NCBI GenBank assembly: GCA_965112735.1
Contig: OZ218956.1
Span: 1,488,001 to 1,552,000 of the forward strand
Reading direction: 5' to 3'
DNA from: Phaeosaccion multiseriatum
Lineage: Eukaryota; Protista; Ochrophyta, other classes
Length of the DNA: 64,000 nt
The translations under genes and the position numbers were made by a program. The notes under the pieces are model-generated. The model had not been told where the DNA came from. It did no database searches and saw only the letters and a list, made by a program, of their open reading frames with translations. Shown piece after piece: positions 47,727 to 57,246 of this stretch. Numbering within the stretch: the stretch's first letter is position 1; each line of letters begins with the position of its first letter.

Positions 47727-50700
47727 ACAGGAGTCAGAGTGTGCGAAGGTAAGCACGAGTGAGATGGTGAGATGGTGAGGACGAGTTGTGCACCTTCATC
47801 TCGTCGCTCCTCGATACGTGCTGCTTGCTTTTCATGGCCGCACAGCCAGTGAGCTCTTCGGGTTCTTTTGCCGTGGCTGCCCTACCCATTGCCCTCCACA
47901 GTCTGACAATCGTTTCTCTCATGCGCTGGCCCTGTTTGTGCTCTGCTGGGCCGCTCCCCACCCCCTCCTGCCATGGCGTGCGTCTCGTGCGGCGGTGGTG
48001 GCCCTCCTGATTGCAGACACCGACGATGACGGCATTCCGAACGATCGCGACAAGTGAGTGATTTAATTCCTTTTATGCGTTTCGGACCGACTTGACAGGA
48101 GTGGATCGCGTTGCTTGTGCGTGTGGGTGTGCTGCGTGGCGTGGGTGTGCCCCGCCAGCAGCGCATTTCTCTGTGGCCTGCGTTAGTAGCCCTGCTTTTC
48201 ATCACTGTCCGCCGTGCGTGCGTGCGTGCGTGCGTACGTGCCCCCCCCAGCGTCTCTCTGTGTCTAGCTAGTCTTTGGTTTTGGCCTAGTCAATACCCCC
48301 CAATCGGAATGCAAGTGCGAATGCAACGAATGTGTGTGCGCGCGCGACGCCCCCGCGTGTCGAAGGTCCACACTGACTGCATTACTTCCTCCCCCCCTCG
48401 TGCTGACTCCTCGCAGCTGCCCGTTCGCATACAACCCCAAGCAAGACGACATCGACGAAGACAGAGAAGAGAAGGAGACGCGTGTGGTGAGAAAGGGCAG
48501 GGCTCGGGGAGAAGCACTCCACACACTTAGATTCTATGCAAGTCCTTCGAACAACATGGGGCCATGTGGTCTGACTGTGGTCTGACTGTTGTCTGACTAT
48601 CGTCGCCTGACTGTAGTAAGGTCCTGATCCTCCCATCTGCTCCTTGCTTCCTTCCTGCCATCTGGACTCCACACCCTCCCTGTTTACATGCTCGGGGCCT
48701 CTCTTTGCTTGTGCTCTGCTCTGCTCTCCCTGTTGTTTTGTTGCCCACTTGGCGCGCCAGACCTGAGCTTTCTATGCACGGAGTCATACATTCCTTTCAT
48801 CGCGGACGACGGCGCTTTGAGGGGAACATGCACGTGTGCCTCTACTTCTGATCAAGTGGTCTGTACCGGCTTGTTTTGCCAGGTGCGTGCGCAGGCAGGG
48901 CATCGTCTCAACAGCGATGGATGGGTCCCGTGCGCTGTTTGCTCGTTGATTCATTGGGTCCACGACCGCAAATCTTTGAATCCTCTGCTGATGCGTGGTT
49001 CTGCTTGTGCTCTGTGAGTCTTGGCATCTGTATGTGAGTAAACGAACCCTTCTGACACGCACCTTCTTGCCTCTTGACGTGGCTGGTGCCTCTGCCTTGC
49101 CCTTGCTTGGCATCTGCGGCGTCTGTCTACACTGTGCGGCCGGCCCCGTCCTCACGTTGTTGGGTATCGCGCATGGGGGTCGTCGGACATGGTCCTTCCC
49201 CACTCGTACCCGCGCGTCTCCTCCTCGCCTCAACAGTCGAAGACATTTAAGGTGAGGAAGCGAGTGCTGGCATGATCATCTTGCTTGATTTGTGGCAACT
49301 CACCCTCGTTCTTGCGCCATTTGATCTAAGCCTGTGTGTACGGACCCACCCTCATCCCAACACCCTACTAACACCCCGCTGCTTCCCTTCGTCCTGCTTT
49401 GCTAATCTCTGTGTGTCGTGGCATGCGGCTGCTCCCTTCCGCCCCTGGCTGGCTGCGGCCCACCTCGCCTCTGCTCAACCGTCATGAAGAATTGCGCCGT
49501 GACCTGTACGGATTATCGCAGCTGCCAAGTGAGTGAGGAAGTCTCTTGTAACAGCTACTGCCCCCTCATCAGTCAGCCCAAGAACTCCACTCTCGCTGCC
49601 CGGCCGTCCGATTGGATTTTAGACTTTGTGTCGTACCCTCCTGTGGCACAGGTGCAGGGCCCACACGTTGAGCCTTTCTCCTCTCGTGACCTCCCCCCTG
49701 TGCCCCTCGCTCTGCTGGCCTCCTGGGCCTGCCCTCTTTTCTCATCAACACCTGCTTGGCCGATTGTGTATCTTACTTGTGTCGTGCCTCTGGCGGCACA
49801 CACCCCAGGCCTCCCCCCTCTCCTGACCTCCCCCCTGTGCCCCTCGCTCTGCTGGTCTCCTGCCCTCTTTTCTCATCAACACACACCCTGCTCCACACAG
49901 TATGCCTTTTTCCAAGACACTTCGACCGCCACCTGCTCAGGGGAGGACTCCTGTGAAGTGAGATCTCAGTCCGCTCTCGCGGCCTGCTTGGCCGATTGTG
50001 TAGACTATCTTACTTGTGCCGTGCCACTGGCGGCACACACCCCAGGCCTCCCCCCTCTCCTGACCTCCCCCCTGTGCCCCTCGCTCTGCTGGTCTCCTGC
50101 CCTCTTTTCTCTTCAACACACACCCTGCTCCACACAGGAGGCCATTTTCGAAGGCACTTCGACCGCCATCTGCTCAGGGCCGTACTCCTGTGAAGTGAGT
50201 TCTCAGTTCGCTCTCGCTACCTGTTTGGCCGATTGTGTATCTTACTTGTGCCGTGCCACTGGCGGCACACACCCCAGGCCTCCCCCCTCTCCTGACCTCC
50301 CCCCTGTGCCCCTCGCTCTGCTGGTCTCCTGCCCTCTTTTCTCTTCAACACACACCCTGCTCCACACAGTTTGCGGACTTTTATGACACTTCGACCGCAA
50401 CCTGCTCAGCGGAGGAGTCCTGTTTGGTGAGTTCTCAGTCCGCTTTCGCCACCTGCTTGGCCAATTGTGTATCTTGTGTCGTGCCACTGGCTGGCGGCAC
50501 ACACCACACCAGCCAGGCCTCCCCCCTCTCCTGACCTCCCCCCTGTGTTCCTCGTTCTGCTGGTCTCCTGCCCTCTTTTCTCATCAACACACACCCTGCC
50601 TGCTCCACACAGGAGGCCATTTTCGAAGGCACTTCGACCGCCACCTGCTCAGCCGGCAGCTCCTGTTACGTGAGTTCTCAGTCCGCTCTCGTAGCCTGCT

Positions 50701-51803
50701 TGGCCGATTGTGTATCTTGTGTCGTGCCACTGGCGGCACACACCCCAGGCCTCCCCCCTCTCCTGACCTCCCCCCTGTGCCCCCCGCTCTGCTGGTCTCC
50801 TGCCCTCTTTTATCATCAACACACACCCTGCCTGTTCCACACAGGATGCGGTCTTTTATGACACTTCGACCGCAACCTGCTCAGCGGAGGAGTCCTGTGA
50901 AGTGAGTTCTCAGTCCGCTCTCGCTACCTGCTTGGGCTTGGCCAATTGCGTATCTTACTTGCGTCGTACCACTGGCGGCACACACGCCAGGCCTCCCCCC
51001 CTCTCTGACCTCCCCCCTGTGCCCCTCTGCTGACCTCGCACACCCGCCCTCCTTTCTCTTCAACGCCCACCCTGCTCCCCTTGAACAAGTCTGCGGACTT
51101 GCTTTGAAGGCAATTCGATCGTAACTTGCCTTGCGCCGAACCTTACTCCTGTTTTGTGCTTTATTCGTCTCAGCCCACGTTCGCCCTCCTAACCTGGCTA
51201 TATCTGTGGCTTACTTCTGTCGCACCGCCGCTGAACGGCCTATGCCTCAAGCCTTGCTCCTCTCCTGACCTCCCTTCTGTGCCCCTGGCCTCTTGCTGAC
51301 TCACATCGTCAACCCCCACACAGTCTACCGACTTTTATGGCAATTCGGCCGCCATCTGCTCCGCTGAAAGGGCCTGCAGATATCTCCAGGTGTGTGTGTA
51401 AAGGGAAGTGGGCCAGTCCATGCAAGGGGAAGTCCAAGAGACACGGTTGTAGCTACGCCCCAGATGACGTGATATGTGATCCGATGACTGACCATCCATC
51501 CGCGCCTGTCTCCCGCCTTTCCTTGTATCACTCTCGGCTGTGGCCAATAGACAATAGGGAATGGTGCTTCATGCTGCCTGGCCACGGTGGAAGGAGCTTG
51601 GTAAGTGGGTAGTCGCAGGCAGAGTGCCTTTGAGGAGTGCATTTACTCTCCTGCAGGGGCTGGGGGTTGGCCAAGAAGGCAAGGAGCGCCAATCCCACAC
51701 CCTCGCGCTTACACCCCCCCCCCCTTTCCCTTTTGAACTCTCTCCTTTGCCTTCTTGAACCCCGCCCGTGTGCATCCCTGCAACATTTTTAGCCCAGGCA
51801 CGA

Positions 51804-51841
<38 letters not shown>

Positions 51842-54800
51842 ACAGGAGTCAGAGTGTGCGAAGGTAAGCACGAGTGAGATGGTGAGATGGTGAGGACGAG
51901 TTGTGCACCTTCATCTCGTCGCTCCTCGATACGTGCTGCTTGCTTTTCATGGCCGCACAGCCAGTGAGCTCTTCGGATTCTTTTACCGTGGCTGCCCTAC
52001 TCATTGCCCTCCACAGTCTGATAATCGTTTCTCTCATGCGCTGGCCCTGTTTGTGCTCTGCTGGGCCGCTCCCCACCCCCTCCTGCCATGGCGTGCGTCT
52101 CGTGTGTCGGTGGTGGCCCTCCTGATTGCAGACACCGACGATGACGGCATTCCGAACGATCGCGACAAGTGAGTGATTTCATTCATTCTATGCATTTCGG
52201 ACCGACTTGACAGGAGTGGATCGCGTTGCTTGTGCGTGTGGGTGTGCTGCGTGGCCTGGGTGTGCCTCCCCAGCAGCGCATTTCTCTGTGGCCTGCGTTA
52301 GAAGCCCTGCTTTCAGGATTGTCCGCCGTGCGTGCGTGCGTGCGTGCGTGTGCCCCCCCCAGCGCCTCTCTGTGTCTAGCTAGTCTTTGGTTTTGGCCTC
52401 GTCAACACCCTCCTCTCTGCTCCACTTGACAAATTCAAGTGCGACTGCAGCAACTGTGTGTGCGTGCGCTACGCCCCCGCGTGTCGAAGAGGGTCTACAC
52501 TGACTGCATTACTTCCTCCCCCCCTCATGCTGACTCCTCGCAGCTGCCCGTTCACAGCCAACGAAAACCAAGAGGACATCGACGAAGACGGAGTAGGAGA
52601 CGCGTGTGGTGAGTTCTTTCCCTCCTCCTCCTCCTCCTCCTCCTCCTCCTCCTCCTCCTCCTCCTCCTCCTCCTCCTCCTCCTCCTCCTCCTCCTCCTCC
52701 TCCTCCTCCTCCTCCTCCTCCTCCTCCTCCTCCTCCTCCTCCTCCTCCTCCTCCTCCTCCTCCTCCTCCTCCTCCTCCTCCTCCTCCTCCTCCTCCTCCT
52801 CCTCCTCCTCCTCCTCCTCCTCCTCCTCCTCCTCCTCCTCCTCCTCCTCCTCCTCCTCCTCCTCCTCCTCCTCCTCCTCCTCCTCCTCCTCCTCCTCCTC
52901 CTCCTCCTCCTCCTCCTCCTCCTCCTCCTCCTCCTCCTCCTCCTCCTCCTCCTCCTCCTCCTCCTCCTCCTCCTCCTCCTCCTCCTCCTCCTCCTCCTCC
53001 TCCTCCTCCTCCTCCTCCTCCTCCTCCTCCTCCTCCTCCTCCTCCTCCTCCTCCTCCTCCTCCTCCTCCTCCTCCTCCTCCTCCTCCTCCTCCTCCTCCT
53101 CCTCCTCCTCCTCCTCCTCCTCCTCCTCCTCCTCCTCCTCCTCCTCCTCCTCCTCCTCCTCCTCCTCCTCCTCCTCCTCCTCCTCCTCCTCCTCCTCCTC
53201 CTCCTCCTCCTCCTCCTCCTCCTCCTCCTCCTCCTCCTCTGCCTGCATCCTCCTCCCCTCCTCTTCCGCTTCGCTCCTCCTCCTCGTATGACTCTGCTGA
53301 CGTCTTCATGCTCCCTCTCCCTCCCCCCCCCCCTCTCTCTCAATTTGTCTCTCTGTCTCTGAGTAGAGGACTATCCTATAGCGCTCAACCTGGTCGAGGG
53401 CGATTACGTCGCAACAGTGAAGGGAAGCCTTGACACTGCGCCGCCCTCGGATAATGTGAAGTGTGGTGATGCTGGGGCCGGCGTCAACCAACCTACCGTC
53501 ACTTACCGATTCACTGCTCCCTCCCTCGGCGGCACTCTCACTGCTGATACCTGTAGTGATGTCAACACCGACTTCGACACGCAAATCGCTGTCTTCAGTG
53601 TATCATCCTCAGATGGCAGCCTCTCGTGCGTGTCCGACGCGGCCGAGAGTGATAACAGTGGGGGTACTAGTACTACAGCCCCGTGTTCTGTTGGGATGAA
53701 AGCGTCCAACGTGCATGTCATGGGGGGCTTGGAGTATGCTGTTCGAGTATACCCCGCCGCCGCCACTGGTACTACGCGAAGATGGCGAAGATTGCAGTCT
53801 GGTGGAAGCGGTTTCACGCTCAGTGTAGTAGTCAGAGGTGAGAGAGTGAGCGAGCTTGATGCAGTGTATGGGACGGAGGTCGGGACCAGGGAGTGATCTA
53901 GCCATGGCAATTGGAGGGCACTGGACTGGCCTGGCTTGCTGCCGCCCCCCTATTGTTTACAGGGCTCATCTACCATGCGTCGCTCCCTCCCCTTGCTTGT
54001 CCTCGGCCCCATCGTGAAGAGCCCCGCTGCCACTGCCCAGAGCTATTCGAATATTGCTTGTGTGGAAGGAAGCTGCTGGACTGACTCACCGTCGTACGGG
54101 GGCTGTGTCCTTCTGTTTGTGTTTTTTTGTGTACTATGAGAACGCGCTCTTTCTCCATCTCTGTCTCTCTCTTATCTCTCTGTCCCTCCCTACCTCCCTC
54201 CCTCTCTTTCCCTCTGTGTGCATGTGTCGATTCCTGTGTCTGGCTGCACTTCGTGCGGCGCTTCTCAGGCTCTTCGGTGGAGGTGCAAGGGGACCCCATG
54301 GTCTTCGGTTTCCAGCACCAAGTCTTCCTCTTCAAGGGAGCTGACGACGCCTGGTACGCCGCCTTGACCGAGAAGCACCTGCAGTGGAACTGGCGACTGG
54401 GGGTCTTCCCTTCCTGCGAGAACGGCGCCATGCCGGTGAGTGTCTGCGCAGCAAATCGAGGCGGCCAGCCAGTTGCACACAGCCCAAGAGCTGAAAGGCT
54501 TGCTGTATATATATATAGGCTGACTCCACTTGGGACAGTTGGGGGCGGCGTGGAATTGCACTACTGAGTGGAATCACTCTCTCTTGCCGGCCGGGAGCTC
54601 CACCATTTCCGTCATCTGTGCAGCTTCCCGTTGCCAAAGCTAATACCGACCTCCCCACTGTGGCCTGACTGCCGACCTCCTCTTGTGACTGCTTTGATGT
54701 AACCCCCCCCCCGCCACCTACTCCAACACCTGTCCCTCGTACGGACACGCACGCACCCGCAGACGTACGTCACGGCCTCGTCCTTCACCTTCCCTCCCCT

Positions 54801-55560
54801 CGACGGGGTCGATATGCCCGAGTCCAGGGTGCTGGTGGAGGTGATTGATCAGGCCAAGTACAACCCTGCCTACATTGAAGGGGAGGAGCTCTCGCCGCGA
54901 GCCGAGCAGATTCTGGGCTACGGCTCCCTGGCAGTCCACATCGAGGACAAGAGGATCGTCAAGCCGGGGCTGTACCGCATGGCCAACGGCGGCACCGTGA
55001 TGGCGTTCAACGCGTACGGCCCCTGCCAGGTGAAGCGCGACCTCCACATGATGGAGGAGCTGAACGAGGCGGAGAGGGTCAAGACCTCTCGCCGTCTCTC
55101 GGAGATGGCAGTGGATGACGACCTGGCGGCGCTGCTGGCCGTGGAGTCCCGCCTGCACAAGGCGGAGGACAGGGCCTTGTGCGAGGAGTGGATCGCCGAC
55201 AAGCGAATCACTCGTAACCTTTTCACCGAGCCAGGGTCATGGGCCAGTGTCTACATCTTTACGGACACGTATTCGTTCCAGGTGGACTATCGGCAAGAGC
55301 TCGAGCGCTGCTACGCTCACGTGATTGACGTTGGATTCATCCACAAGCCCTCCGACGTGGGTGTGGAGACGTGGAGCGGGGTCATGGGTGAGACGCAGCG
55401 GCTGAGACTTGACAGCGAAGGCAAGCCCATCCTGAGGGACAGGGACCTCATCCTGTCTTCCTCCAAGGACGAGGACTACGTCGTGGACGGACCATGGGGA
55501 ACAGACTTTGTGGCCCGTTTGGACAGCGCATGGGAGCCGGAGTCGCCATCCTCCGAGTGA
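35669..55560 (+). CDS. Large secreted modular lectin/adhesin, ~1650-1700 aa, about 47 exons: SP - Cys-rich (GCC2/3-like) - CTL - CTL - F-type lectin - solenoid module A - 3xTSP3 - module B - TSP3 - module C - TSP3 - PPC-like - GDP(H)/VWD-like; one exon (48417-48486) carries a +5 nt frameshift
   Basis: Signal peptide MLSPVKQNSFGRWALSLVLCLLAATPPAALA. Exon phases chain consistently through GT-AG sites (e.g. 35669-35801, 36155-36208, 36412-36471, 37229-37636, 38227-38673, 39530-39539, 39740-40155, 40604-40725 ... 53367-53837, 54269-54435, 54763-55560). No C-terminal TM helix was seen. Confidence 0.8.
37229..37636 (+). CDS. Exon: C-type lectin domain 1
   Basis: A...C...GAALVSV, VWVS, FTWADG, W...QPN, C, WSD, FICE. 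Phase 1-1 exon of 408 nt. Confidence 0.85.
   Translation, partial: STFSSLSRASLATKRWIYVRPMGPPSCPSTTRPKTGTSRVSSQMIPTTPMSGLASSGKQALPRATQHSHGQTARRRRRTRWRAIDGAGRPTSRTVGATTSSVARITSKTGSSPAGAIFPAATTLALWLASSASEA
38227..38673 (+). CDS. Exon: C-type lectin domain 2
   Basis: Paralogue of domain 1 with WSDVPCS...FVCE. Phase 1-1 exon of 447 nt. Confidence 0.85.
38778..39122. repeat. Pure (CCT)n tract, ~340 bp, intronic
   Basis: Directly visible. Confidence 0.95.
39740..40155 (+). CDS. Exon: F-type lectin (fucolectin / F5-F8 type C)-like domain
   Basis: LNLAEV...SS.Y...A....D....TFCHS...EVTNRGNCCKDRINGA. Confidence 0.75.
42835..44780 (+). CDS. Three thrombospondin type-3 (Ca-binding) repeats, each split over two exons
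   Basis: DPDGDGIPDDFDN/CPDTANSKQDDSNNDGIGDAC; DIDGDGIVDADDN/CPGVANADQQDLDGDGEGDACDD; DTDGDGIANADDN/CPLTANSDQDDGNDDGVGDAC. Confidence 0.88.
43298..43815. repeat. Pure (CCT)n tract, ~515 bp, intronic
   Basis: Directly visible. Confidence 0.95.
45960..47277 (+). repeat. Exon-intron tandem array B: ~232-bp units with 57-nt phase 0-0 exons at 46046, 46278, 46510 and 46742; pseudo-exon 46980-47040; cap exon 47212-47277
   Basis: Each unit has cacacag|57 nt|gtgagt, encoding xAxFxDTSTATCSGxxSCx. Confidence 0.92.
49680..51389 (+). repeat. Exon-intron tandem array C: 57-nt exons at 49901, 50138, 50370, 50613 and 50845; exon-less unit at ~49750; pseudo-exon 51090-51155; cap exon 51324-51389
   Basis: Same unit structure as array B. 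Confidence 0.92.
52620..53238. repeat. Pure (CCT)n tract, ~620 bp, intronic
   Basis: Directly visible. Confidence 0.95.
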
Positions 55561-56513
55561 GCCGACTCCTGCTTCGAGGAGCGGAGAGGTAGCGAAGGAG
55601 GGTGCGTCGTGCGGGCTCTTTGGTCAGCCCTGCTGCTGAGCCACTGCGCGGGGGTGGGGAGCAGCCAGCCATGGCATGGGCTGTGTGGTGCTGGAGGAGG
55701 GGATGGGGGGCGGGGGAGGAGGTGTAACTTTGTTCAATTATAATGCTTGGGAGGGGGGGCGGGGGGTTGCTTGGAGCTTTGTGCTTTACCATTCGCTAGC
55801 GAATGTGAAACACATTTGACGCAAGCAAGGGCCAAGTCTGAGGAGGGCGTGCAATCTCATCATACTTTAGGGGCACGTTGAAACGTTCACCTTGTTTTAG
55901 CTGTGTGTGTGCCGGAGGGGGGGGGGTCTTTAGGCATAGAAGAGAGGCGTTAGCGCTGGTCGGAGGAGAAGCAAGAGGCGGGCGGGCCATCGACGTCCGT
56001 TTGGGAGGTGTGGGGCGGTGCGTAGCGTAGAAATAGCCAGCCGCGAATCGGGGGGATCAGTAGCATAGAGGAGAGGCGTGGCTGAGGGGCGGGGGGAATG
56101 TCATCATCTCCGTTTGGGGAGGGGTGGGTAGCGTAGCGTAGGGTGAGAAATGTGACTGTCAGTACCGTAGACAGCCAGTAGTAGCTACAGTAAAGCTACA
56201 AGTAACTGTACTTAATTTCTTACCCTGGCTGCGCGCGCTGCACTTGCACCAAGGGAGGGCGGAGGGCGGACGCAGACACTTTCGGTCGTTGGCGTTGTTG
56301 GCTGGGGCTGGGTGTATCCGTGTGTATCGTAAAGTTAGGTACGGCATTCAAATCGATCAATCGATCAATCAAAGCTACTCGTGCACACCTTTGATGCTTC
56401 GCCCCGACTGGTGCTTCCTCTCCTGGAGCGGAGCGAGCCGTAGCTGAAGAGTGCGCGAGGTGCGGCTTCACTGTGCTAAGGTTAGGGCCGTGCTGCATGC
56501 ATGGCCACTCCAG

Positions 56514-56789
56514 TCACTGAGCCGCCCGCTGGGCAGAGGTGGCGGGCAGCAGGCATGAAAGGTGCGGTGCTGCTGGAGCGGAGGGGAGGGGAGGGGAGGT
56601 GAGGTGCAGAATAATAATAATAATAATTATTATTATTTTCTGTTCTCTTTTTTATACGAAATCGTTGCAATAAAAAATAAATACACAACACGGTCCTCTC
56701 CTGACTGATGGGCTATGAGGCCACAAATGTGCTGTTGCCTGCCCCACCCACGGGTACGGCTCCCACGCTCGTCTAACAGAGGGGAAGGG

Positions 56790-56834
<45 letters not shown>

Positions 56835-57215
56835 AAGAGGTAAGAATGCACAGTACAGGATGGTAAAACACCCGCCTTTTCCTCTGCTCTGTAGTTGATC
56901 GTCTCTCCCCCTGTCCCCCTCTTCCCTCCCCACCCCTCCCCTCCCCTCCCGTGGTCAAATTCCTCCTTCTCCTCTGCTGACACACTGTAGCCAGTTGGTC
57001 CTCTCTCCCTCCTCCCTCCCTCCCCCTCCTCTCACCTTATTGAACAAGGAGTCAGGAAGGATGCTCTTGAGTCCGCAGCCCACGGCCTGCAGATAGGAGG
57101 AGCCATTCGAGACCGACTCTTGCGCCCACTTGTCCAGCCCGGGCACCGCTGAGGAAGCGCTCTCAGACACCTTCCCCAACACGCCACTCACACGCTCCAG
57201 GCTGGGGAGGGAGGA

Positions 57216-57246
<31 letters not shown>

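Larger units (their letters stand above)
44650..52610 (+). repeat. Tandem intragenic segmental duplication (~3.7-4.1 kb unit; modules B and C), introns included
   Basis: 44780-45900 matches 48486-49630, and 46900-48300 matches 51010-52400, at high identity. Confidence 0.93.

Noticed and set aside
45960-51100. CRISPR-like or DGR-like repeat/variable array
   Set aside because: The variable segments are mutually homologous exons with splice sites. Variation is not adenine-specific and no reverse transcriptase is present in the window.
38678-53433. Long poly-P/L/S/R/E/G ORFs in the ORF track
   Set aside because: They are translations of intronic (CCT)n tracts, open in all frames.
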